A stretch of 64,000 nucleotides of DNA, from NCBI GenBank assembly GCA_038890875.1, contig JAWAFA010000001.1:863-64862 (forward strand). The letters are read 5' to 3'. Origin of the DNA: Candidatus Pacearchaeota archaeon. Its GTDB lineage: Archaea > Nanobdellota > Nanobdellia > Pacearchaeales > JAPDKA01. The notes below the pieces were generated by a model. It was given only the letters and a program-made list of their open reading frames with translations, did no database searches and was not told where the DNA came from. Below, in pieces: positions 37,139 to 46,914 of this stretch. Every line of letters starts with the position of its first letter. Position 1 is the first letter of the stretch. A program made the position numbers and the translations under genes.

Positions 37139-39715
37139 TTATAACTTTTTTTCTTTTTTAATTTGTTTTTTTACTTCTTTCATAGCATAATTAACCTGCT
37201 TATCTTTCCAACCTGCAGAGAGTAACTTTTGCTTTATCTGTGCTTCACTCATTCCTGCACTAAATGATTTTGAAATAAAATTAATGATATTATAATAATC
37301 TGCTTTTGTTGGGAAAAGTTTTTTCTCTAGAGCTAATTTTCTCTTTTTTGAGAGAGTGGTATAAATCTCTACAAGCTTCTTGCGCCATATAAATATTAAA
37401 CCACCAACAAGAATGATTGCGATTAATATAAACAAAATTTCTGGAATCCTACTTCTTGGCTTGACTCTTCCAACTGGAGGAGGAGCCGAGACTGGTTGTA
37501 AATTGCTTATATTTATTGGTACAGCAAAAACAGAGATTTTATATGGGTCGATATTATCTAAATAAGCAAACTTAAAACTTGCAAGATTTGTTGCTATTCC
37601 AGCTTGCTTACTTTCAAACTGTGTGCTTGAAAAAAGTTTTGTAGAATCAAGAGCAAGAATAAGCTTACCATCAGCTGATGTTTTTCTTATAATATTTACA
37701 TCAACTATTGTTAATACTTTTGAGTTTCCATCTTGGTAAACAATTTTTTTCTTTTCACCTTTAATATTTATATCAACATTATCACTAGTCCAAAGAGCTA
37801 TTGCTTTTTTGCATTCATCTTCGCTAAGTGGACAGCTTCCTGCAACACTTTCGGCTAGGCCTTTATTAATTTCATTCCAATTAATAATATATTTTAATTG
37901 AGGGTAATTGATATAGGAGATGATATCAGTAGGGATATTTGCTTTTATTGCGTCATAATCAGATTTTATTTTTTCAAGAGCAGTTATATTATCTCCTACC
38001 TGAACAATTCTGCTAGATAAATTTAAAAGTTGAGCTTTTAAGTTAGCCGTATTAGTCATATTTTTTAACCATGTTGCATAAAATTCTGTTCCTAATTTTG
38101 TTTCAAAATTATTTATGCTATTGATAGCTTTGTTTATTGTTGAATTAAGAACTGCTATTGGAACACCAACATTCACTGTGAAATAATTTGTTCCTTTAAA
38201 GCCCTGGCTATCTGTAGCCTCTACCTTTACATTATATAATTTTGATTGTGTATAAGTATGAATAAAAATCCCATCAGAGCTTGTTGTTGTTACACTATCG
38301 CCAAAATCAATGCTATAGCTAGTTATATTCAGTCCTTTTGGCGAGTAAGCAATAGCTCTAAAAGTTGTTGGCTCATTTACAATGACATCTAAGGGGATTA
38401 AAGCTGCAACAACAGGAACGGGAACTACTTTAAAACTCTTTTTATCTATCTCAGTGCCCTTATAAACTATTCTGAGGCTATAATTGCCATAAGTATTTGG
38501 TGCTGTGATGTTAAAAGCCGCAAGTGGAATTGCAACATAGCCAGCTGTAGTTATTAGCGGAAATTCTCGCTGCAATGTAGAAAAGCTTGGCATTGTATAC
38601 TCTATTCCAGCAGATTTGTATTTAAAGCGCAAGTCAGTAAAGCTAAATGAGACAGTTGAATTAATGTAAAGCGGGATTATACATTTTGCTGAACAATTTT
38701 TATTATATTTGGCTTGAAGATAGGTATTTAGCTCATCAATCAGATTTTTTCCTGTTTGCGCTGCATAGAGAGTAGAATTAAATTGAATTTCTTCAGCAAA
38801 AGGCTGATTTTTATATTCGGCAGCAAATAAAGCAAAATGCTGCTTGCCTTCTTCCTCGCTGCCTGCACTTATTATATAGTTATCATTTACTCCAGCTCTT
38901 ACACAAATCTCATATTCTCCAGGATAGACATTAAAATTGAGATCACAGCTTGGCCCATTATCATAAGTAGTATTACAACTTACTTCCTTGCCACCACGTG
39001 CTATTTTGAAATATAATGGAACACTTGCGTTCCTATCATAATTCTCTAATGTTATATTGCCTCCAATCTTAACTCTTGCACTTTTATATTCGAGCTTTAC
39101 AGTATCACAAATAAAACTTGTCCCTATATTGGCTGTTTCTTTTGCAGTGTAATTTTCATTATACTTTTCCCCACAAGTACTTAAGCCTGCGCTAAGATAA
39201 TAATAATCTGGGGTTCCATCATTGAATAAATCAATTATGAAAGGGGCTTCTGTTGTGCATTCTTCGCTTCCTAACGATCCTGAAATAATAAAGCTTAAGT
39301 TAGTTATTTCAACGCCTGACTTTCCCGATATAACTAGGCCAACATAGTTACCCCCAGCATTTCCTTGAAAAGTATCTGAGCTAGAGGCATCCTTATATTG
39401 TAACTCACACTCACTTGACTTACCTTCATAACTACAATTAAAGCTTATTCCCAAGCCCTTAGCCCTTTTCATGAACTCGAGTAAACTAAAGCTTGCTGTG
39501 TTGCCATCAAGCTCTGCCCTTATTTCATCTCCGCCACTTTCATTTTCAAAACTTACATTAAGGTAACCACTTAGCAACTGTTTTGGACCTACATCATTGA
39601 TAACTAGACTAGGAACGCCCTTTTCAAAAGTAGCCAAAACAAGAGGGAAAATTAATAGAAGAATTAAAAAAATCATCAAAAAAGATGCCCTCTTTTTTCT
39701 TTTTTTGATTTTCAT
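37139..39715 (-). CDS. Large PKD-domain surface protein with TM anchor and cytoplasmic tail
   Basis: Signal peptide, IDFGD..HTY PKD motif, TM, tail IKQKLLSAGW. Confidence 0.8.
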   Translation of the reverse strand: MKIKKRKKRASFLMIFLILLLIFPLVLATFEKGVPSLVINDVGPKQLLSGYLNVSFENESGGDEIRAELDGNTASFSLLEFMKRAKGLGISFNCSYEGKSSECELQYKDASSSDTFQGNAGGNYVGLVISGKSGVEITNLSFIISGSLGSEECTTEAPFIIDLFNDGTPDYYYLSAGLSTCGEKYNENYTAKETANIGTSFICDTVKLEYKSARVKIGGNITLENYDRNASVPLYFKIARGGKEVSCNTTYDNGPSCDLNFNVYPGEYEICVRAGVNDNYIISAGSEEEGKQHFALFAAEYKNQPFAEEIQFNSTLYAAQTGKNLIDELNTYLQAKYNKNCSAKCIIPLYINSTVSFSFTDLRFKYKSAGIEYTMPSFSTLQREFPLITTAGYVAIPLAAFNITAPNTYGNYSLRIVYKGTEIDKKSFKVVPVPVVAALIPLDVIVNEPTTFRAIAYSPKGLNITSYSIDFGDSVTTTSSDGIFIHTYTQSKLYNVKVEATDSQGFKGTNYFTVNVGVPIAVLNSTINKAINSINNFETKLGTEFYATWLKNMTNTANLKAQLLNLSSRIVQVGDNITALEKIKSDYDAIKANIPTDIISYINYPQLKYIINWNEINKGLAESVAGSCPLSEDECKKAIALWTSDNVDINIKGEKKKIVYQDGNSKVLTIVDVNIIRKTSADGKLILALDSTKLFSSTQFESKQAGIATNLASFKFAYLDNIDPYKISVFAVPINISNLQPVSAPPPVGRVKPRSRIPEILFILIAIILVGGLIFIWRKKLVEIYTTLSKKRKLALEKKLFPTKADYYNIINFISKSFSAGMSEAQIKQKLLSAGWKDKQVNYAMKEVKKQIKKEKKL

Positions 39716-39756
39716 TTTGCCTAGTTTATTAAGTTAGGGATAGATTAAAAATCTTT

Positions 39757-40848
39757 TTATTTAACTTTCTTTTTCAACTCTTTCCATAATTTTTCAAGTC
39801 GTTCACGAAAAGAAGGCAGATCTTCAACACGAACATTAGCTCCCAAAGCCATCTCATGCCCTCCTCCACTTGCTCCTTCAAGCCCTTCAAGAGCCTTTAA
39901 AACAATTTCACGAATATTTGTTGAACTTCTTACTGATATTCTTGCCTTCTCATCTTTAATATAGGCCACAACAACAAGTTTTTCGGGATACAGATAAATT
40001 AATGCATTTGAAAGCTCTGCTGAGATGCTAAGGCTACCTCCATATTGAAACCATAATAGATCTTGCTTTGCAAATTTCTTTGCTTTTTCCAAAAGATTTT
40101 GGTATCGTTTGTAAATTTGTTTAAACTTTTTATGCATCGTTTTATTTTTATTACTTTCTTCAAGAATTGCTTGTGGGCTATTAATTTCTGTCAGGAATTT
40201 AGTTAATTTTAATATATTAGTCGTTGTATCTTTCAAGCCAAAGTTTAACATTAAAATAATTTTACCAAAAGTTGTTTCATACAATATTTTTCCTACTTTT
40301 TCTGATTTTTCTGGTTTTATTTCAAATAAGTTTTCATAACTTTTATATAATTCACTAATCTCTTGAGGCAAATACCAATCGGCAAGACAGCCTAAAGCAA
40401 GAAGCCATTGATATTGTTTCTGCTCCCCTATAATTTTATACGCCCAGTAGGTAACTGGTCTATTTATGCTAAACTCAAGTGTTGGATTAAAAAATATCCA
40501 ATCATCTTTTTTTTCTTTGAAGCCAGGATTATCGAGATGGTGGTCTATCCATACAACTCTTACATTTTGTTCTTTTGCTTTTTCTAAAAACTCATTACTA
40601 ACTCGAGGCTTATCAAGGATAAAAACACAGTCACCATGCAACTCAGATATTTTTCGTGCATAACTTGGATTTAGTTCTGGAAAGCTTTTTATAGCTACCG
40701 CTTTACCCTTACCGCTCCACTTTCTAAGTAATAAGAAAGCTGCAAGTCCATCAACATCATTATCAAAAAAATAGATAGGATTATTGTACTTTTCAAGAAT
40801 CTCTCTTATTTCTTCAATTTTTTTATTTAATTTCGCCTCTTTTTCCAT
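39757..40848 (-). CDS. DHH/DHHA1 family phosphoesterase
   Basis: DNDVDG, ILD, IDHH, LAD, SVRS, GGGH..A.G. Confidence 0.9.
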   Translation of the reverse strand: MEKEAKLNKKIEEIREILEKYNNPIYFFDNDVDGLAAFLLLRKWSGKGKAVAIKSFPELNPSYARKISELHGDCVFILDKPRVSNEFLEKAKEQNVRVVWIDHHLDNPGFKEKKDDWIFFNPTLEFSINRPVTYWAYKIIGEQKQYQWLLALGCLADWYLPQEISELYKSYENLFEIKPEKSEKVGKILYETTFGKIILMLNFGLKDTTTNILKLTKFLTEINSPQAILEESNKNKTMHKKFKQIYKRYQNLLEKAKKFAKQDLLWFQYGGSLSISAELSNALIYLYPEKLVVVAYIKDEKARISVRSSTNIREIVLKALEGLEGASGGGHEMALGANVRVEDLPSFRERLEKLWKELKKKVK

Positions 40849-40855
40849 TAAACAA

Positions 40856-41866
40856 TTAAATTTGGAATTTTAAAAGATATTCTTTTATGGCTCTTGCCTT
40901 TTTTTCACCAATACCTTTAATATTAATAAAATCTTCTGTTGTGGCAAGAATTAAATTTTTCAGATTACCAAATTTTTCTATAATTGAATCAATATTTTCG
41001 TCGAGAAGCATAGGGATACTCTTAAGTACGCGATAACCTTTAGGTATGAACGGCCCATCACTTTTCTTATTAGAAAGAAAGACATTTAAGAAAGCATTTT
41101 TGTTAAGGATTTCGTTATGATTAAAATTATCTATAGCTTTCAATATTGACCCAAAATCGAAAAAATCTTGATAATCTTTCATTATTAATTCAATTTCTCC
41201 CTCTACAAAATTACTTATTTCTTTTAGCTGCATCTCAATTAACTCGCCTTCATTTCCTAGCTCTGCAATATGAATAAGGATTCTTTTTATTATTGTATCA
41301 ATAATTCTCTTTCTTTGAAAGATTAAGGCAATATCTTCAAGGACAACAAGTTCTAAAGCTTCGGATGCATTCAAACGATTGATTAATGATTGAAAGATTT
41401 CTTTATTTTTTTCTAAAGCCTTTAGTCCTTCCCCCGTCTTTGTAAAGAGCTCATTAAGGGGATTAAGTTTTATTTTTTTATCTCCACTATACACAGTAGC
41501 TGTTCTTGCTTTTTCAGAAATAGCTAGTACAATGGTATTAAACTGCTTTGCTGTTCTTTCAGCTGCTTGATGTCTTGTTCCGGTTTCGGAAGAGGTTATT
41601 TTTATATCAGGATGTAAAAGCACATTTGCGTAAAGAATTTTCTTTAGCTTATCATCTACAATTATTGCACCATCAAGCTTTGCAAGTTCTGCAAGCCTTT
41701 CAGCACTAAACTCCTGATTTATCTTAAAACCTCCATTAAAAATTTTAGTCATTTTTTTATTATTTAAAAAAACAATAAGGGCTCCTCTGCCAGATTTTAT
41801 AATTTTCTCTATTGAATTTCGAATCGCTCCACCATAAGAAAAAATTTTTATTATTTCCCGATCCAT
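40856..41866 (-). CDS. disA: DNA integrity scanning diadenylate cyclase DisA-like protein
   Basis: ELAKLDGAII, SETGTRHQAAERTA, helical linker, PKGYRVL, C-terminal HhH IKGIGEKKA. Confidence 0.88.
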   Translation of the reverse strand: MDREIIKIFSYGGAIRNSIEKIIKSGRGALIVFLNNKKMTKIFNGGFKINQEFSAERLAELAKLDGAIIVDDKLKKILYANVLLHPDIKITSSETGTRHQAAERTAKQFNTIVLAISEKARTATVYSGDKKIKLNPLNELFTKTGEGLKALEKNKEIFQSLINRLNASEALELVVLEDIALIFQRKRIIDTIIKRILIHIAELGNEGELIEMQLKEISNFVEGEIELIMKDYQDFFDFGSILKAIDNFNHNEILNKNAFLNVFLSNKKSDGPFIPKGYRVLKSIPMLLDENIDSIIEKFGNLKNLILATTEDFINIKGIGEKKARAIKEYLLKFQI

Positions 41867-42021
41867 TTTTTGTTTTTTCTTTTTTTATCTTATTTTTTAT
41901 TGTTTTATAAATATTATTGCCACAGAATGCTATTTCTTGCTATTTGACATTTTAATTTTTCTTCTCACTCAGTAGATACAACAATGCAAAAGCTTTTTAA
42001 AATAAATTAAGAAGTTATTCA

Positions 42022-42727
42022 ATGGCACAAACATTAGAGGAATTGGTGAAAGAATTGTATGATGCTGTTAAAAGCAAAAACAAGAATGATGCTTTGAGTA
42101 TTGCTAATATTTTGGAAAAGAGAGCAGAGAAAGAAAATAAATTGCAAGCAGCAAAAGATCAATTGATTGAAAGTCTGGTTGGAAAAAAGATTGAATATAA
42201 AGTTACTTCTAGTTTATCAACAATTGTCAACTCGATTTATTATTTGAAGGAAATAGGAGTGGAAGATATAGGGAAAGTAGTGGGAAAATCTCCTCAAGTG
42301 CTTGGATATTCCATAGAGTATATGAAAAGGCAAGTAAATTATTTGAAGAGTATAGGAGTGGAAGATGTAGGGAAAGTAATAGAAAAATTTCCTGAAGTGC
42401 TTGGATACTCTATAGAATATATGAAAGAGTTCAGTGCTTGGATGCTCTATAGAAAACAATCTAAAACCAAAATTTAAATATTTAACAGAAAAAGTTGGCT
42501 TGAGTATTGAGGACATAGAAAAATTTCCTTCTCTATTTAATTATTCTCTCGAGAAAAGAATAAAGCCAAGATGGGAATACATACTAGCAATAAACGATAA
42601 AATTGAAGTTGATCCAATAAAAATTTTTTACTTATCAAATGAGAAATTTATTGCATATCTTATAAAGAAAGGTATAAAAGCTTCTCTCAAAGAGTTTTAT
42701 GAGTTTAAAAGCATGGCCTTTCAGTAA
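42022..42727 (+). pseudogene. mTERF-repeat protein split by a frameshift (ORFs 42022-42477 and 42434-42727)
   Basis: 33 aa repeats YL..IGVED.GKV..K.P.VLGYSIE; then NNLKPKFKYL..FPSLFNYSLEKRIKPR. Confidence 0.75.
42240..42455 (+). repeat. 99-nt coding tandem repeat (two units plus a truncated third)
   Basis: CTTGGAT anchor at 42301, 42400 and 42437. Confidence 0.85.
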
Positions 42728-43002
42728 AAGGCAAGTTCACTATTATTTCTGCTACTGAAGTTCAATAGCAAAATAATAATCCTTGCAGGCGTAGTTATTT
42801 GGATTATCTCGATGATAAAGGCATATCAGCATGAGCTTTTCGAGTGGCCGATCGCAGGCTACCTGGCTTCTACTTACTTCTAAAGCTTGCTTCTAAGGTC
42901 AAATAAGAAGCCATGTAAAATGCAAAATACAAAATGCAGAGCAAAAAATATGTTTCCTTTAAATTTTCTTTAAATTTTTAAATCGCTGATTTATTTTTTT
43001 GT

Positions 43003-45378
43003 ATGCAAAAAGAGGAAGGGAATGAAAATAGTAAGAATGAAAGTGAAATCGAGAAAAGTGATGGAAAAGAGAGAAAAAGCTGGCATGATGAAAAGCTTCA
43101 GAAACTTGTAGTCTGGTTAAGTGAGATAAGTAAGAAAGATGTTGCTATAGCTGGTGGTAAAGGCGCTAATCTAGCTGAAATGTACAATGCTGGTTTTCCT
43201 GTACCTCCAGCTTTTGTCGTAACAGCTCAGGCTTATGCAAAATTTCTCGAATATAATGAGCTTAATGAAAAAATTAAATTATTATTAAGCAATTTTGATT
43301 ATGAAAACACTGCTGAACTTGAAGAAAGAGCGAGGAGAATCAGAGAGCTTATAATTAATGCAGAAATGCCTGACTTTATAGCCCAAGAAATAATAGAGGC
43401 TTATGAGATCTTAAGTAGTGACATCTCGACACCAACATTACAAAAGATGTTTGTTAGTGAGCCCTGCTTTACTGCAGTTCGAAGCAGTGCTACAGCCGAA
43501 GATTTGCTTACAGCAAGTTTCGCTGGGCAGCAAGAAACTTATTTAAACGTAAAAGGTGGATCTGCTTTACTTGAGGCAATAAAAAAATGTTGGGCTTCAT
43601 TATTTACTGCCAGAGCCACCTACTATAGATACAAAAAAGGTTTTAGCCATGAGACTACTCTCATAGCTGTTATTGTGCAGCGAATGATAAATGCTGAAAA
43701 GAGTGGAGTTATATTTACAATTGAGCCAGTAACAAATGATAAGAGTAAAATTGTTATTGAGGCTGTTTTTGGACTTGGAGAAGGAATCGTTAGTGGTACT
43801 ATCGAGCCAGACTATTATCTTGTTAATAAAAATGACCTTTCTCTAGTAAGCAAAAAAATTGGTATAAAAAAATTAGAGTTTACGAGAGATGCTGGTGGAA
43901 AAAACATAAGAAGAGAGCTGCCTCCAGAAAAGCAACAAGAGCAAGTTCTTGAACCATGGGAAATAAGAAAGCTTGCTGAGTATGCATTAAAACTTGAGAG
44001 GCATTATTTATGGCCTCAAGATATTGAGTGGGCTGAAGAAGGTGGCAATATCTACATTGTGCAAACAAGAGCAGTAACAACTGCAGAAAAGATTACTGAA
44101 AGAAAAGAAGTTAAAGCTGAACCAATTCTCAAAGGTCTTGCTGCAAGTCCAGGGATTGCCAGTGGAAAAGTAAAAATTATTTTGAATTTAGAAGAATTGA
44201 AAAAAATAGAAAGAGGAGATGTTCTTGTTACAACAATGACTAACCCAGATATGGTGCCAGTTATGATGAAATCAAATGCAATAGTAACAAATGAGGGTGG
44301 CTTAACTTGTCATGCTGCCATAGTAAGTAGAGAGCTTGGCATTCCTTGTGTTGTTGGCACTAGAAATGCAACAACTATTCTAAAAGATGGTACAGTTGTG
44401 ACAGTTGATGGCATACATGGATATGTCTATGAAGGAGAGATCAAGATAGAAAAGCCTAAGGAAGAAATAAAATGTGAGCTTATAAAGTCCGGCGAAGAAA
44501 GAACAAAGGTTAAAGTTAATTGTGATTTACCTGCAGCTGCTGAACGAGCTGCAAGGCTAAATCCTGATGGTATTGGTCTTGTGCGAATAGAATTTGCAAT
44601 CGTTGAAGGAGGTATACATCCTGCACAGTATATAAGAGAGGGTAAGATTAACGATTACGTCACCTTACTTGTTAATGCCTTAGAAGGGATTGCTAAATAT
44701 TTCCCAAACAAACCAATTTGGGTTAGAACATCCGATATAAGGACAGATGAATATAGAAGCTTGAAAGGAGGACATCTTGAGCCAATTGAAAGTGATCCAA
44801 TGATTGGTTGGCATGGTATAAGAAGAGGGCTCGATGAACCTGAGATACTTCGAGCTGAATTTAAAGCTATAAAAATTCTTCACGAAAAAGGTTTCAAAAA
44901 CATCGGAGTTATGATCCCGTTTGTTATTAACGTAGATGAATTAAGGATGGCAAAAGAGATTATGAAAGAGGTAGGAATAGAGCCTTGTAAAGATGTTGAA
45001 TTTGGCGTTATGATCGAAACTCCGGCAGCTTGCTGGATTATTGAAGAACTTTGCAAAGAAGGAATAAACTTTATTAGCTTTGGAACAAATGATTTAACAC
45101 AGCTTACACTTGGTGTTGATAGGAATAATGAAAGAATAGCAAAACTTTTTGATGAGATGCATCCTGCAGTGCTAAAAGAAATAGAGATGGTAATAGAAGT
45201 TTGCAAGCGTTATGGTGTTAAAACAAGTATATGTGGCCAAGCGGCTAGTAGAGAAGATATGGCAGAATTTCTCGTGAAGAAAGGTATTGATAGCTTATCT
45301 GTCAATATCGATGCCATAAATAAAATAAGAGAGGTTGTGGCAAGAATTGCTGGTGTTTGTGAAAATAAAAAAGTTTAA
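43003..45378 (+). CDS. ppsA: Phosphoenolpyruvate synthase
   Basis: GGKGANLAE, RSSATAED..SFAGQ, TCHAAIVSRELG, SFGTNDLTQ, SICGQ. Confidence 0.96.
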   Translation: MQKEEGNENSKNESEIEKSDGKERKSWHDEKLQKLVVWLSEISKKDVAIAGGKGANLAEMYNAGFPVPPAFVVTAQAYAKFLEYNELNEKIKLLLSNFDYENTAELEERARRIRELIINAEMPDFIAQEIIEAYEILSSDISTPTLQKMFVSEPCFTAVRSSATAEDLLTASFAGQQETYLNVKGGSALLEAIKKCWASLFTARATYYRYKKGFSHETTLIAVIVQRMINAEKSGVIFTIEPVTNDKSKIVIEAVFGLGEGIVSGTIEPDYYLVNKNDLSLVSKKIGIKKLEFTRDAGGKNIRRELPPEKQQEQVLEPWEIRKLAEYALKLERHYLWPQDIEWAEEGGNIYIVQTRAVTTAEKITERKEVKAEPILKGLAASPGIASGKVKIILNLEELKKIERGDVLVTTMTNPDMVPVMMKSNAIVTNEGGLTCHAAIVSRELGIPCVVGTRNATTILKDGTVVTVDGIHGYVYEGEIKIEKPKEEIKCELIKSGEERTKVKVNCDLPAAAERAARLNPDGIGLVRIEFAIVEGGIHPAQYIREGKINDYVTLLVNALEGIAKYFPNKPIWVRTSDIRTDEYRSLKGGHLEPIESDPMIGWHGIRRGLDEPEILRAEFKAIKILHEKGFKNIGVMIPFVINVDELRMAKEIMKEVGIEPCKDVEFGVMIETPAACWIIEELCKEGINFISFGTNDLTQLTLGVDRNNERIAKLFDEMHPAVLKEIEMVIEVCKRYGVKTSICGQAASREDMAEFLVKKGIDSLSVNIDAINKIREVVARIAGVCENKKV

Positions 45379-45419
45379 AAATAACCAGACTTTATTAACA
45401 AGAAATAAAAATAGAAAAT

Positions 45420-46016
45420 ATGGCTGGGAAAAAAGAGAAAGAGATAGAAATTTATGATGAACTATTAAAAAAACTAAATTTATTTGAATTTTATCTTAAT
45501 GCTGAAAAAGAAGGGGATTGGGAAAATCCTGATGTGAGGATAAGTCTTCCAAGATTTTTTGGCGAAAATCCTGAAAGATATGCTTTAATGCCAGAAAGAG
45601 GTTTTAGGGCTGAAATGAAAGATAAGTTTATAAGAGAAAGCGAACGAGCAAATCAATTATTATATAACAATTTTTATGATTTATTAAAAAAGCATAAGCC
45701 AGAAGAAATTGCAACAATTATCTTAAATATACCTTTTTTAATTAACATTGAAGAGATAAAAGATGAAAAACTAAAAAAGATTGCTGAGCATCATGCTACA
45801 ATAAGTGCATTAAAAAAAATGGACGTTAAAACATATCGTAATCTGCTTTTGAAAACTGAAGTTGAAGAGGGAATTTATAGCAAGTATGCAAAATTAACAT
45901 TGCCTGATGAAGGTTTAGAAATCGAAAAAAGATTTGCATTGATAGAACAACAAAATTATTTGATTAGTGAGCTCAAAAAACTTAAAGAAAAAACTAAAAG
46001 AGAAAATATTAACTAA
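45420..46016 (+). CDS. Hypothetical protein
   Basis: 198 aa ORF with typical composition. Confidence 0.55.
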   Translation: MAGKKEKEIEIYDELLKKLNLFEFYLNAEKEGDWENPDVRISLPRFFGENPERYALMPERGFRAEMKDKFIRESERANQLLYNNFYDLLKKHKPEEIATIILNIPFLINIEEIKDEKLKKIAEHHATISALKKMDVKTYRNLLLKTEVEEGIYSKYAKLTLPDEGLEIEKRFALIEQQNYLISELKKLKEKTKRENIN

Positions 46017-46019
46017 TAA

Positions 46020-46838
46020 TTAAGTACTAATAATTAAGTTTATTATTCTAGCCATCTCGCCAACAAATTCATCTGTGCGTTTATGCCATTCTTCTAATTC
46101 CTTACCACTTATTTCTTTAATTTCTCCATGTAAAATTTTATGAGCAAGGACATAGAGATCTCTGTACCATAACACATACTTTAAATCAAGAATTTTTTTA
46201 TCAGTAAAAATACTTTTTAACATTGCTGGAATATATTCTGGACTTGGAGGGATCTGATTAGCAGCAATCAAAGCTGCATGAGCTGAATCAACCATGGCCC
46301 AGTACATTGCTTCAATTGCATTAAAAATGCTTGCCCTACTTCTTGCGAGATGTCTAGGTGCACGTTGTAATGCATTGTAGATTGCCTCAGGAGTGCTTCT
46401 AATTTTACCATCTGCCATCAAAAATTTGAGAGGTAAGAAAAAACCACCAAAATCAATAAGCGGCTCGCCATAACGAATAACATTAAGTACGACTGGTTCT
46501 CCACGCAAGAGTTCTTCCCACCATGTAACAAGTTTTACTGTGTTAACATGAAGTGGCCTAATATATGGATTAAGCTCAATAAGTCTCCCAAGTTCTTCTC
46601 TATACCAGGCAACTAGCTCATCATCCCATTTTATGCTTGCATCATCAACAATAATAATAATGTCAATATCGCTTCCTTTCTCAAGAGTTCCTTTTGCAGC
46701 TGAACCAAACAAGATTATACTTTTTATCAACTTATTAAAACGCTCATAAACTTTCACGGCAAAATCGAAAGCGATTTCTTTTTCATCCTTCAACTTAAGC
46801 GTAGGGTATTTTTCCTCTAGCTTTTTTTCTTTTGCCAT
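46020..46838 (-). CDS. Minimal nucleotidyltransferase fused to HEPN-like domain
   Basis: LFGS..SDIDI Pol-beta motif; helical C-half with Y.AM..AHAAL and HKILHG. Confidence 0.8.
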   Translation of the reverse strand: MAKEKKLEEKYPTLKLKDEKEIAFDFAVKVYERFNKLIKSIILFGSAAKGTLEKGSDIDIIIIVDDASIKWDDELVAWYREELGRLIELNPYIRPLHVNTVKLVTWWEELLRGEPVVLNVIRYGEPLIDFGGFFLPLKFLMADGKIRSTPEAIYNALQRAPRHLARSRASIFNAIEAMYWAMVDSAHAALIAANQIPPSPEYIPAMLKSIFTDKKILDLKYVLWYRDLYVLAHKILHGEIKEISGKELEEWHKRTDEFVGEMARIINLIIST

Positions 46839-46914
46839 TTCACCTCTTTTTTATTTTTTATGTTTTTTATTTTAGGTTTTCTTTTTTTATTTTAGGTTTT
46901 CTTATTTTTTAAAT

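Noticed and set aside
42240..42455. CRISPR array or DGR template/variable repeat
   Set aside because: In-frame coding repeats without unique spacers; differences are not adenine-specific; no cas or reverse transcriptase gene in the window
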